Positions 43,621 to 56,210 of a stretch of 64,000 nucleotides of DNA are shown one piece after another. A model generated the notes under the pieces. That model was not told the origin of the DNA and ran no database searches. It was given only the letters and a program-made list of their open reading frames with translations. Positions within the stretch are counted from its first letter, which is position 1. The number at the start of each line of letters is the position of its first letter. Source of the stretch: Prorocentrum cordatum (lineage: Eukaryota); assembly GCA_963575745.1 (NCBI GenBank), contig CAUYUJ010000059.1, forward strand, positions 124,001 through 188,000, given 5' to 3'. Position numbers and translations under genes: made by a program.

Positions 43621-43899
43621 CAGAACGCGGAGCGCGACCGCTTCGGGCCCAGACGCCCGCCTCTCCGGCTACGCCGCATGCCCCAGGAAGACGCCTGGCA
43701 ACGAGGTCACCCATGGATGGGGGCCATATACAGGGGCAACAACCCCGCAGCGCAGGCTCGCAAGGGGGCCCTGGAGGTCCCCGACGCATTCCCCGACGCA
43801 AAGGGCAGACGCCGTCGCGGCCCATGGCGTCGACCAGGGCGGCTCCAAGCGCGTGGAAATTCCGGGGGCCCGGCGGCCGGCTGGACCCCAAGCGCCGGC

Positions 43900-44200
43900 A
43901 GTTCGACTGCGCGGCCAAATCCGGCCAGGAGGAAAATATCATCATGGTCTCGGAAAGAGAAACTGCATTTGCTCTGGGGCATCTACGTTCACTACATAAC
44001 ATTGCAAACGTCACCTTCATCCAGGGGGCAGACTGTCGCTCGCTTTGGCTTCTGAGAAGGGGCGTTCGTCATTGTTTGGCGTTCTCATGCGTCCTCGCGA
44101 GTTACTTGCCCCGTGCGTCGCCGGCGACATCGCGCTCGCTCACCGGCGGCGCTCCTCGGAGCTGAACGCCGCCGACGCTGGCTCGAGGCTCTGGGAGGGC
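43900..44200 (+). pseudogene. RNase H domain remnant (DIRS-type)
   Basis: EENIIMVSERETAFALGH ... EKGRSS ... HRRRSSELNAADAGSR (RWxxSxxNxADxxSR consensus). Confidence 0.85.
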
Positions 44201-44329
44201 GACGCCGCCCCGCTAGCGCAGGCAGGTGGCCCCTTGTTCGTCGGGGGCCCGGCCGGCGTCGACGACGTCGAAGACGCTCTCGACCGGGCTCGCGCGCGAA
44301 GCGCGCGACACGGCCGCGCTCTTCGATTG

Positions 44330-45182
44330 GCGGGCGCCCAACATCGCGGCGGTGTCCGCGGTAAAGGAGACCACGTGCAAGCGCCGCCTGTGCGCCCCCC
44401 GCCTGCTCCGCCTGTTCCCGACGAGCGCCGGGCGGCGCTTCGCCCCCCCCCCGGGGGGCGCCGATGCCGGGGCGGCGAGCGCGGTCGAGGTCGGGTTCTT
44501 CGCGGGCGGCCTCCGCGCCGAGGCGCGCGTGACCTGCGCCGCTTTCTTGGCGCCGCGCCCTCGGCCGATGAGAAGGGGCCCCGGCGCTGCCGAGGACGGC
44601 GCGGGCCGCGCGGGCCTGGCAGCGCTTTCCTCCAGCTGCGAGTAGGGCGCCAACCCTATGGGCGGCGCTGGCGGCGATGGCACGCGCGATGGCGATGCGG
44701 CGCCTGCCAGCAGAAGCGATCGTGAAAATCACGACGTCCTCGGCGCACCTCCGTCCTCGCGAAGCGCGGGACCTACGCGCCGAGGACATAGCGCCGCCGT
44801 GCCCACCGCCGCCCTGGACCGCGGCCCTCAACTTGCATCCACAAGCAAAGGGGGTGATATCCAAGACGTTCGCCACAAACGAGGGCATCTTCATGGACCT
44901 TTCGCAGCTCAACTTCCTCAGTCACGAGCTGGCGCGACTGGCGACGGCCCGCAGGTCCGGCCGCCCGTTCGCATTCAGAACCCACCAACACAATGCCGGG
45001 GTCAGAGCGTGCAGAGGCAGCTCGAGCTCCCAGTGAGGCACGCGCCGCACCAGCTCCGTCACGGGGGCCCGGCGGCCGACCGCCGAGACGGAAGTCGCCC
45101 GCTGGCCGAGGTGAAGCAGAGGGGGCGGCGGGCCAGCGACTCGCCCCCACGCCGATGCGAAGCTGCCGCCCGACTGCGGTGA
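44330..45182 (+). pseudogene. Tyrosine recombinase remnant
   Basis: HLRPREARDL (44746; box I LRxxE), SKT, HQLRHGG (45048; box II), EVKQRGRRASDSPPRRCE (GRW...RY, catalytic Tyr read as Cys at 45156). Confidence 0.85.
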
Positions 45183-46295
45183 GAAGAAGCGAAGCTTCCC
45201 CCGGAGTGGCAAGGTCTCTGCCTGTCCGCCATCGCCTGTCTCGTTGCTGGTCGACCCTGGAGCGTCGGTGAACTAGCGCCGGGAGTCACTCGAAAAAGAG
45301 AACACGTCGTGGTGATCCTCGCAGGCTCGAAGCAATTCTCGCAAGCTGCTGCCGGGTTCGGCTACTGTTGCTATACAGTCGGCATTGAGGATTCGCCATA
45401 CCAGAACGCATGATTCTCCAATGTTTAACTCGCTCTCAAGGGTCTCATCTCGCGCCCTGGGTGCGCCTTCGTCTGGATGGGCACTCCGTGCGTCTCACGG
45501 TTGCGGGCGAGGTGGGGAGGCGTACCCTGTTCCCCCGCTCTCAGAGAATCGCGCGACAAGGGAGAGTTGAGGAGAGAGAGAGAGAGTGTGTGTGAGAAAG
45601 ACACCAGTGCATTTACATGTCCACAATTAGGTACACATGTATACATAGCCACCTATTGCATGATCTCTGGTGTTTTCTGGCGTATGATTGTAATGTTGCG
45701 CAGTTATATGGTTAAGTATGCCCCAGGTTGGGTCGCGCCGGATTCATCTGCTCTGGTTCTCTTGTCGTAGTTACGATTGCCATCACGTTTCGTGTAGTGT
45801 CAGATTGCCGAGCCGCCCTGCCTTGTTCGCATTTGAATAGAACGTCCTGGTAAGTTCTTTATCTAGGACCATTGTTCTCAAGCATTCTCGATGTTGATCG
45901 CAATGTAATTGCCAGGAGTTGCTTCTCCATCGCGGCACTTGTCTTCGTGTGAATCAATGTTCGATTCATCATGGGATGTTCCTTCATGTAACCCTCCTGT
46001 GCTCACGTATGAGATTGCCCCTTGAACGCAATATACTGTTGCATTATATGCGTCTTGCCGTTTCTGATTTCCGCTAGTCGTATTGTTTCACGCTGTTGTC
46101 GGCAAAATCACATGTTGATCTTTATCGCATAGCTTGATGCCACCTATTCCTGTGATGCTCTCGTCCTGCTGCTCTTGTCCGAACATCCCATCCAATATTG
46201 TTATGTTTAGTTCCCTAGGGAGCTTGTTTTTGAGACGGTTCATTTGAATTTGCAGAAGCCGCTTCTAAGACTTGGATGGCCAAAAAGGTGCAGCC

Positions 46296-46555
46296 CAAAG
46301 GTGCCGTGACCTGCCCGCGTGTTCTTGAAACCCAGAATGCAAAGATATGCCGTCCCGTGCGGTGCCCGCGTGTTTTGAAAGCCAGAGAGCGAACAAAAAA
46401 TGCCGTGCTGTGCCGATCCCGCGTGTTCCCGAAGGCCAGACTGCAAAGCAAAGGTTCTTTGCCGTGCCGTGCCCGCATTGTTCTGAAGCCCAACATGCAA
46501 AAAGGTGCCGTGCCGTGTGCGTTGCCGTGCCCGCCAGTTGTGCGGTGCCCGTTCC
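46296..46555. repeat. Minisatellite, about 5 diverged copies of a ~45-55 bp unit
   Basis: AAA..TGCCGTGCCGTGCCCGCGTGTT...GAA.GCC.AGA.TGC recurring. Confidence 0.8.
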
Positions 46556-46833
46556 GTGGGTATTCTTCAGGCACCATGTTTTTCGTCATGACACGTTAGT
46601 TCGCACTATCGTTCTACAGGTGTGGCGTTAGTTCTTTATGTTGTGTTGTTCATCGTGGTCCTACTTGTATTCCTACCGAATCGGGCCTCCTTTTTGATTA
46701 TCCTTATTTTCATCCTCATCCTTCCCCCTCCTCGAGTGCGAGTCTGAGTCCTCATCCTCATCGTCGTCACCCCCGTCATCATCATCGTTGTCTTTTTCTT
46801 CACCATCATCTGCATCACTGGCAGCATCACCAT

Positions 46834-46864
<31 letters not shown>

Positions 46865-47498
46865 AGCAGCATCATCAGCATCATCTTTTCTCCAATCCCT
46901 TCCTCCCCTGGAGGTCTTGCCCGTACTGATGAGTCACAGCGTGCAGTCCAGCACTGGGGCGAGGGGACATCCTGCAGGAAATGCGAATTGCCTGGTTCGT
47001 AATCCCAGCGAAGCCCCGCACGGCGCCGGGGGCGCCAGCGCCGCCCCGCAAGGCGGCGCCGCGCGACGGCCTCCGACGCCACACGCGGCGCCTTTGCCCT
47101 CCGAGCGGCAGCCATGTTGGGCGCTGGCTTCACCTTCGCCGACGTCGTCGACACGACCTGGCACGTGTGGGCCATCTGGGGTGCGGCCACCGCGCCCCTC
47201 CCGGCCGCCGGCCTGGGCCCTTGCGGCCCCGAAAGGCCCCTCCTTCTGCTCAGGCCGGCCTTCCCCTCCGCCCCCTCCCCGCCGAAGCTCTCCTCGCCGC
47301 GCCGCCCGCCGCGCCCGGCCCCCCGCCCCTGCTCCTCCGGGCACTGGCCGCGGCCCCTCGGCAGCGCCGGGGCGTGCCGCGGGCGCGCCGGCCGTGGGAG
47401 GAGAGCCATATGCGCCGAGAGCGCCCCCGGGCGCTCTTGGCCCCTCCGTCCTCGGCTGCTTCGTCTCTGCTTCCCCTGTCCACCGCGCTGGCGGCCTT

Positions 47499-47500
47499 AC

Positions 47501-47597
<97 letters not shown>
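47499..47597. repeat. Pure (CTA)n tract flanked by a perfect 21-bp direct repeat
   Basis: GTCCACCGCGCTGGCGGCCTT at 47478-47498 and 47598-47618. Confidence 0.95.
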
Positions 47598-49036
47598 GTC
47601 CACCGCGCTGGCGGCCTTGCCTCTCCAGCCGCCGCTGCGGCCCGTGTGGCGGGAAGTCCGCCCGTGCGGCCCCTCACTTCCTTCCCTGCCTGCCACGCCC
47701 GGTTGGCCACGTCTGTCCTGCTGGCTTGGCGGCTCGCTGCGTCGCCGCATGGCATGCCCCGTTCCGCGCTGGGCAGCGCCCTTCCTCGCCATCCTTGCCC
47801 GGGGTGGATATGCGCCTCCAGCTGTTATGTTAGCGCGGCAGTCCAATGTTACCCTGGTTGAGGGCCTGGCCCCTCGCTTTCCCCGCTGCTCCGACTCACT
47901 CCGCCTCGTCGCCGGCCGCAAGGCCGCGACCGCCAAAAGTGTCTGTGTGTAAGTGTGTACGTGTGTGTATGTACGTGTGTGAGTCTGTATACGTGTACGT
48001 GCGTGTGTGTGTGTGTGTGGGGGGGGGGGGTGCGGTGCAGCCGGTAGTGTCGGGTCTTCTCGGGTTACGCGCACGTGTGCGCTCATTCCTTGCGTTTTCC
48101 GCCGCGGTCGGTCGGCTCGTCGCTGTACTGCTCGTCTCAGCCTTCGGACGATGTCACAGTTTTCTCACTCGCCACCCACGCCCGGGCGGCACATGGGCGG
48201 TTAGTCGTCCATTGGGGTCCCGTGTTTGAGGGCCCAGCCGTGCGCGTTGGTTCCTTGTTGCTTGCTCGACTAGCTCCGCTTCGTCGCTGCGCGCGAGGCC
48301 GCGATCGCAACAACAAAGCGTGTGTAGCGAGTGTGCAGCCGCTGCAGCACGCTGGGCGCGCAGCACCGTGCCTTTTGCCTCAGCTTGCTCCTGGGCAGTC
48401 CGCTGAGTGGATGAGGGGCGCGTTCCTTAGCCGAGGTCACATCAAAATCAAATCATGATCCTCGCCATAAGTATTATCATCCCCTTCCCCCCTCCGCCAT
48501 TCCAGGGCAGCGGCGGTGCGGGTACAGGGGGGGCCACGCGCATCGTGCAGCCACTTCGGCTCGCAGTGTGGGGCTGGTCGCGGTCGAAAGCTCTTGCAGG
48601 CGCCGCGTTGGATCAGTGCTTGTCTCTCTCTCTCTCTCTCTTTCTCTATATCTCACTCTCTCACGCGTTTTCTCTCTCCCCCTATCTTGCTTTCGTGTCG
48701 GCGAGTCCCTTCACATTATAATTACGTGCGCATCTAGATTGTACGCATGTCTGTGTATCTGTACATATATAAGCACACATTGTGGTTGGGTTGTAGGTCG
48801 AAGGATGTACCTTGTATATGTAGATGTGTAGTCACACACATTGCGGTTGGGTTGTAGGTCAAAGGTCTCTTGGGTGCCTGCGCCCGTTTCTGTCACGCCA
48901 CGGCCTGTTGGCGGCCCTGTTCCATGGGGCTGCGGACTCTGCTCGGGACAGCCCCCTTGGAGGGCAGCGGACTCGTCTTGGCCCCTAGGCGGGCATCAAG
49001 TCGTCTCCTGCCCGGGGCTGTCCGATCCTTGCCTTC

Positions 49037-49238
49037 AGGGGTCGGACAAGGGGGGGGGGCGGGATTGGGAAAGCCTGGGGGCTCAAAACCTGCTGCATGC
49101 AGCTGGTGTCGCCTCCGCCGCCCGGCGCGTTGCCCGCTGCCTTCGTGCCTCCGGCACCGGGGGGCGCCAGTCAAAAGGGGCTGCGTGAGCTGACTCACTG
49201 ACCGCCCGTGTGCTATCCCCCTGTTTCGTCCGATCCGA
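49037..49238. mobile_element. MITE family F, diverged copy; 5-bp TSD CCTTC / TCTTC
   Basis: GTCGGAC.AGGGGGG...GGATTGGGAAAG, TGCTGC..GCAGCTGGT.TCG, GCTGCGTGAGCTGA and TGCTATCCCCC..TTTCG.CCGA.CCGA shared with 63290-63487. Confidence 0.7.
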
Positions 49239-50384
49239 TCTTCGGACCGCTGCGCCCCCGGGGCCTCAGGCTTCTGCCAGGCTCCCAGCATCATTCAAAG
49301 CGGGAAATTGTGAGATCGCCCTACCCTCACCGGTCCACTGCTCGCAGAGTGCCTACTCGCCGACGTCCGAACAGAAACAGGTGTTTGCCTCGATGTAACA
49401 TACCGTAAACCCCCCGCGGCAGATCCAGGCCGTTTGCGAGTGGTTACTTTGCGAGTAGTGGAACGCGCTGGTCTGTACCCCATAGGCGAACAGTGCCTAG
49501 TCATGCTTACTGGAACCCTCCTGGAGGCCAACAGCAGAGGACGCTCTCCCCGCCCGCCCCGAAGCGGTCCGATTCGATCCCGATTTCGGGGCTGGCCCGA
49601 TTCGACCCCGATCTTCCGACGACGCGATGCGGGCCGATGCTGGCACTATGAGGGTGAGCATGCTTGCGCGGCCCACCCGACTCGATTCCGACCCCGTGCC
49701 GATGCGGCCGGACCCGATGCGCATCCCGACCCGATCCGATTTCCCGACCCGATGCACCGACTGCCTCTGTTTCGGGTGCCACTCCTGGGAAGTGAAGCTC
49801 TGATCTTGCCCCGATCCGGAATCCGGCTTAAGCCGGCTTGTTCCCGCTAGATCCCGCCTGATCCGGCTTCATCCCGCTGAATCCGCGGCTCAAGCCGGCG
49901 CAGCAGCTTCCCCGCGGGGCTTGAATCCCTTTTAATACTTCTGGCGAAGGCCTCCCAGTAGTTGCCTCCTAACCCTGTCCCGGGGGAAGAATGACGTCGA
50001 CGATGACGACGACGACCACCACCACCACCACCACCACCACCACCACCACGACGACGACCACGGCGACCCGAGGCGACGCCACCACCACCAGTGGGGCCAC
50101 CTCCAGCTCGGGGGTCCACGGTGCCTCCCCGAGCCGGGCGGGAGCGGCGGCGCGCGGCCCCTCTCGGGGTGGGGGCGAGCTGGATCGTCGCAGGCGCCGC
50201 GGCTCGCGTGCGCCGTCGGGGCCTCCCCCGTCTTCGGGCTGCCTCACGAGCAGATGGTCGTGTGGCGGCAGCTGGCTGGCAGAGGGGATGCCTCGAGCGA
50301 GACGGGGGGGGGAGGGGAAGGCACACCACCGGGAGCACCCTCCCTGGCGCCTCGCGCTGGTGCCGGCTGTGGTCGCCTGCCCTC

Positions 50385-51217
50385 GCTCCTCCTCCTCCTC
50401 CTCCTCCTCCTCCTCCTCCTCCTCCTCCGCCTCCTCCGCCTCCTTCTCCTCCTCCTCCTCCTCCTCCTCCTCCTCCTCCTCCTCCTCCTCCTCCTCCCCC
50501 TCCTCCTCCTCCTCCTCCTCCTCCTCCTCCTCCTCCTCCTCCTCCTCCTCCTCCTCCTCCTGCTCTCTTCGGGCCTGGGCGCCTCGCCGCCCTCCCCCGT
50601 CCCCGAGCCGCCGCAGGCCATGCCTCTGCAGCGGTCGTCGAGCGCCCGGCCCTTCCGCGGCCTCGCGCTGCTCTCGGCCTTGCTCGCCTGCGGCCTCTAC
50701 AGGGAGAGGGGGGGGGGTCCTCCTCCTCCTCCTCCTCCTCGTCCTCACCACCCTCCTCCCTCGCTTCTCCTCCTGCTCTCTCTCCTCCTCCCTCCCTCCC
50801 CTCCCTCCCTCCCTCCTCCCTCCCCCCCCTCCCTCCTCCTCCTCCTCCTCCTCCTCCTCCTCCTCCTCCTCCTCCTCCTCCCTCCTCCTCTCTCCTCCTC
50901 CTCCTGGTCCTCTTCCTCCTCCTCCTCCTCCTGCTCCTCCTCATCCTCCTCCTCCTCCTGCTCCTCCTCCTCCTACTCCTCCTCCTCCTCCTCCTCGTTC
51001 TCTCGGGAGGGGAAAAACACGCGGACACTAATAGTAGCCGATTCCCCAGAAAATTTGGAAAATATGGGGAGTGGTGGGGAAGACGAAATTCCAGAACATG
51101 TGGAAAAATATGCGGAATCTTGGGTGGTGTGTCTATCCAGTTGTGTGTCGTTGGGCCCCTTTATCCTCCCCCTCCCCCTGCTCCTGCTCCCGGTCCTCCC
51201 TCCGCCTGCTCATGTTT

Positions 51218-51251
<34 letters not shown>

Positions 51252-52389
51252 ATCGTGCCCCCCTCTCGAAGCTTCTCGTCTGCCTCCTCCCGCTGCTCCT
51301 CGCCCTGGCACTCCTCGTCATCATCGTCCCCTCTGCGGCTCCTCCTCTGCCACTTCCTGATGCGGCTCCTTCTCATGGTCTTCCTCATCTGCAGCAGCAT
51401 CAGCGCCATCGTCTTTTCATGGTCATCTGCCTCTTCTTCATCCTCGCATCCTTGTCCCCCTCCTGATTCTCCATATCCCCGCCCCCCTTTGGCTCTTCAT
51501 GCTCCTCTTGGTACGAAGGAGCGCTCTTCGCGTGCGCAGCAGGGGGGGTACGAACACCCCATCCCCACCCGTCGTCGGTCGTCGGTCATCGTCGTCGTTT
51601 GCCGGCGACGAGGGGGAAGGGTAGGGGGGGTCTCGTCGATTCACCCTTGCGCTGGGAGGGGGTTGGGGTTCGTGACCCCCCTTGCCCCTCTTGCGCGGGA
51701 GGGTGTCGGTGGGAAGCAAGGCAGGCGATTTTGAAATGCGCGTTTTCTCTTTGTTGTTGATGATGTTGCCCCGAAACTCCCTATTCCCCTTTTCGAATGT
51801 TCCGCTTCCTCCTCCTCCTCCTCCTCTTCCTCCTCTTCCTCCGCATCAATCTCCTTCCACATTCTTCCTCCCCGCCCCCCTCGTCCTCCACCTCTTGCTG
51901 TTTTCACATTCCTTGTCTGTACCCCTCCTGTCCCTCTTTCTCTTCCTCCTCTTCCTCCTCTTCCTCCTCCTCCTCCTCCTCCTCCTCCTCCCTCCCTCCC
52001 TCCCTCCCTCCCTCCCTCCCTCCTTCCTCCTCCTCCCTTCTCCTCCTGCTCCTCCTCCTCCTCCTCCTCCTCCTCCTCCTCCTCCTCCTCCTCCTCCTCC
52101 TCCTCCTCCCAACCTCAATCATACTACCGAGGAGGGGCAGGGAGGGGCCGGCAGGTTGAGCAGGCACGTAAGCAGGGGGCGGGGAGAGGTGAGGAAGAGG
52201 AGGAGGAGGAGGAGGAGGAGGAGGAGGAGGAGGGTAAGGGGGGCGAGGAGGAGGAGGAGGGGAATCAATACGAAGGAAGTAAAGGAGAGGGGTCGACCCG
52301 GAGGGATGCTGATGATGATGATGAGGAGGAGGAGGAGGAGGTGGAGGAGGAGGAGGAGGATGAGGATGAGGATGAGGATGATGAGAATG

Positions 52390-52420
<31 letters not shown>

Positions 52421-52598
52421 AGACGATGAGGATGAGGATGATGCTGATGATGTTGATGTTGATGATGAGGAGTATTACTATTGTGGTGATGATGAGGAGG
52501 ATGATGTTGATGGTGATGATGATGATGATGGTGATGGTGATGAGGAAGAGGATGATTATGATGATGCTCATGATGAGGATGATGATGATGGTAATGCC

Positions 52599-52630
<32 letters not shown>

Positions 52631-52998
52631 CGATGATGATATTGATGATGATGATTGTGATTATGATGACGACGACGACGACTATGATGCGTATGACGAT
52701 GGTGGTTAAGGTGATGAGCATGATGATGACGGTGATGTTGATGCTGTTGCTGGTGGATGACGATGATGATGATGGTGGTGGTGGTTCGGTAATGCGCATT
52801 ATGATGATGGTGATGAGGAGGGTGATGATGGTGACGTGATCATTGCTATGGTGATGGTGATGCTGATGGTGGCGATGATGGTGATGATGATGGTGGTGAT
52901 GATGATGGCGATGATGATGATGATGATGATGATGATCATGTTGTTGATGATGATGATGATGTTGACTACGACGATGATGATGATGATGATGATGATGC

Positions 52999-53033
<35 letters not shown>

Positions 53034-53034
53034 T

Positions 53035-53129
<95 letters not shown>

Positions 53130-53270
53130 GTGATAATGATGATGATGAGGAGGAAGAGGAGGAGGAGGAGGAGGAGGAAAAGGTAGAGGAAGAGGTTGAG
53201 GAAGAGGAGGAGGAGTAGGAGGAGGAGGAGGAGGAGGGGAGAAGGAGGAGGACGAGGAGGGGAGGAGGAG
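50385..53270. repeat. Microsatellite cluster: (CCT)n 50385-50995 and 51800-52110, (GGA)n, and degenerate to pure (GAT)n 52305-53147
   Basis: Seen directly. Confidence 0.95.
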
Positions 53271-54356
53271 GCGTGGCTTTGATGTGGTTGGCCCTAAAGG
53301 CAGCCCAAAGAACAAGCTAGCCACCCTCGTTCGAACCCTCTTCAAAGTCGGGGTCCTCAGAGGTGGACGATGGTGGCTGGATCGCTTGCCGACACATCGC
53401 GAGCATTCGCGGGCGGTCCTCGACCGTCAGCCCAAAAGATTTGAGCACTCCGTCCCGCCCCCCGATCTCCCCCCCGCCCCCAAGTCGAACTAGACAGGGC
53501 AGAGGTGCTGGAGGGAGCAGCCACTTGGTCAGCCTGCACCTGCATGCACTCCCTGACTGCTGGCAGCACCCCGTGCGGGCGGGAAAACCGCAAGTCCTTC
53601 ACCCCAGCTCTGCAGTGGGGGACTGTACCCTTGCAAAGTCGTCGCAACTGATCCTGGGTGCCTTTACCCACACGGGCAGGGCGCCCCTTCAGAGATGGAC
53701 CAAACAATTTCCGAATCTGGGGATTTGTGTCTGTTTGTGTGTGTGTGTCCCTGGGCTCCCTGAAACTCCAGGATCCTCGGGCGGCTCCCGGTCGGGCGGA
53801 AGGTCTGGGTTGGCGGGGCCAGAGGCAGGAGGAGAAGACGGGCTTTGGCGCTGGGCGAGGTGGAGCTCCATGAGATCCCCGTGGTCCTGCCTCTCAGGGG
53901 CACTCCCTCCCGAGCGTGCCCACCAGGACTGTCCCTGGAACCCCTCCCGGGCGATCCAGGGTCGCCCCCCCCCCGAGCCCGCAGCATTCCAGCGCTCTGG
54001 CGCTGGACGCCGCGCACGGAGCGCACCTCCCCGTCGATGCGCCTCGGCCCCCCCTCCGCTTGAGTGTGTGCGCCGCTGCGGCCCCAGCGGCCGCCTCGTG
54101 CACGCGCTCGGACAGGCCTCGCCAGGGCCCACAGAGATGTTTGGCCGACGCCGGGTGCTGCTGCCCCTCTCCCCTGCCGAGCTCGTCGGTTGCTTGACCA
54201 GCTCGCTGCTCCCACCCCGTGGTGAGCCCCGAGCCTACAGCTGCTCGTGTGCGGCGAACTCTGGTCTTCTGCGTGCGAAGGCCCGGCGGCGAGGGAGGGG
54301 TGGAGGATCGGGAGCCTCGGGACGGGGGTCAATGCAAACGGGGGCCAGCCAGAGCG

Positions 54357-54520
54357 CCAGATCTTGCAGGATCCTGCAGGGCCAGGGTCGCATTGACCCC
54401 GGTTTGGGTGCAGGATCCTGCAGGATCCTGCAGGATCCTTCGCATTGACCCGGATTTGGGTGCAGGATCTTGGAGGATTTTGCAGGCCTGATTGACCCGG
54501 GTTTAGATTGACCCGGGTCA
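54357..54520. repeat. Short modular tandem repeat (GCAGGATCCT and TTGACCCGG modules)
   Basis: GCAGGATC(C/T)T about 5 times and ATTGACCCGG 4 times. Confidence 0.8.
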
Positions 54521-56044
54521 GAAGATCCCCGAGAGGAGAGGCAGGAGGAGGGGGAAGAGGGCACTGGCAGGGATGAGCAGGCCTCCAGATTGCCGCAGCC
54601 CCAGAGCCCGAGCTGCAGTAGAACAGGGATGGTGGGAGCAAGCCTCCAGATTGCCAGAGCCCGAGCCTCCAGATTGGCCTGAGGATTCATACCTCCCCCT
54701 CCTCCTCCTCCTCTCACCTCCTCCTCCTCCTCCTCCTCCTCCTCCTCCTCCTCCTGCTCCTCCTCCTCCTCCTCCTCCTCCTCCTCCTCCTCCTCCTCCT
54801 CCTCCTCCTCCTCCTCCTCCTCCTCCTCTCCCCTCCTTTCTGCCTCCCTCCATCTCCTCCCTTCCTCTTCTACCCCCCCTCACTCCCTGCCCTGATCATC
54901 TTGTCTGGGTGGATGGGAAATGTCACCTGACCGAGCCACGCCCGTCCGAACTACTTAGTATTCGGCTTAGTCGTCTGGGCTACTTGGAATGCTCTTGCAA
55001 GAACAAAGGGGTCGGTCGCAACGCATGTGCCATCGGAGTGTGGAACCTCGTACGTCGTAAACGCACCAAGCGCCATGTGCCCCTCACCGTTTCCGGCGCC
55101 AAGTGCATGTTAAGAGGTATGGGTTGGGATTGTTGAGTTGACCCGGATGCGTTGGTTGGCGACTCGTGCGACCGCCTCTGCGCCATTGCCACCGCCGTGC
55201 GGAGCAGACAGGAGCGATGTCCCAGTGAGACCGAGCGGGAGAAGCGGAACCGAGGAGCCTCGCCGCGCATTCGTCAAGAGGCCTGCGCAGGTCAATAGGG
55301 GGAGCCTCGGGAGGCCCGAAGGCGTTCTTCGACGGCGTGCCGAGGGAGGAGGCGAGAGGGGGCAGGCCTTCCGAGAAGGTGGCGGGGCTTCGCAGAAGCC
55401 CTCGGGCACTCCGAGGAGCCCCCATGTGGCTTCGCAGAGGGGCCACGCACGCACAAGTCCTCGCAGATGGCAGGAGGCCCTCCGAGCCTCCCGAGAGGGC
55501 CCGCCCCCCTCCTCCTCCTCCTCCTCCTCCCCTCCTCCTCCTCCTCTCCTCCTCCTCCTCCTCCTCCTCCTCCTCCTCCTCCTCCTCCTCCCCCTCCTCT
55601 TCCTCCTCCTCCTCCTCCTCCTTCTCCTCCCTCCTCCTCCCCCTCCTCCCTCCTCCTCCTCCCTCCTCCCTCCTCCTCCTCCTCCCTCCTCCCTCCTCCC
55701 TCCTCCTCCTTCCTCCTCCTCCCTCCTCCTGCCTCCTGCCTCCCTCCTCCTGCCTCCTCCCTCCTGCTCCGCCTCCTCCTCCTGCCTCCTCCCTCCTCCC
55801 TCCTGCCTCCTCCCTCTCCCTCTCCCTCCTCCCTCCTCCTGCCCTCCTCCTCCCTCTTCCCTCCTCCTCCTCCTCCTCCTCCTCCTCCTCCTCCTCGACC
55901 TCCTCCTTCTGAGAGCGCGCCGCCGCTCCACGCAGAAGCATGCAGCGCGTTTCTCCGAACGCCACCGGGGAGGAGCACAGTCCGCCCGCGTACCGTCGGA
56001 CCGAGGCACAAGACCGAGGTCGGTTCGGGCAAGGTACCCTAGTG

Positions 56045-56210
56045 TTAAGACGGGCTTGTCCCTCTACAGGGGGAATAGTTAAGAATAGTCCAAACATAGT
56101 CTGGGGACTAGTTTTTGAATATTGGCACCCTCTATGCCTTTTTGGGGATGCTTGGGGTATGTTTTAGTTTCCGTCGAAAGTCCCCCTGTAGGGGGACACG
56201 CCCGACATAA
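56045..56210. mobile_element. MITE family K, ~30-bp TIR, 8-10 bp TSD; diverged copy at ~63511-63671
   Basis: TTAAGACGGGCTTGTCCCTCTACAGGGGGA / TCCCCCTGTAGGGGGACACGCCCGACATAA; CCCTAGTG at 56037-56044 and 56211-56218 (ACCCTAGTGT if the termini are 1 nt shorter). Confidence 0.85.

Larger units (their letters stand above)
40560..45570 (+). mobile_element. Decayed tyrosine-recombinase (DIRS-like) retrotransposon; boundaries approximate
   Basis: Frameshifted peptides in the order RT, RNase H, YR (see sub-features); upstream 40560-42280 is a coding-like, possibly gag, region interrupted by a family A MITE. Confidence 0.85.

Noticed and set aside
46296..46555. CRISPR-like repeat-spacer appearance (also 32180-32520 and 28534-28990)
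   Set aside because: The apparent spacers are homologous to each other, the repeats are degenerate, there are no cas genes, and the context is eukaryotic.
46926..46985. Hammerhead ribozyme core CTGATGA (also 16361 and 42279)
   Set aside because: No stem II closed by GAAA and no stems I or III could be built.
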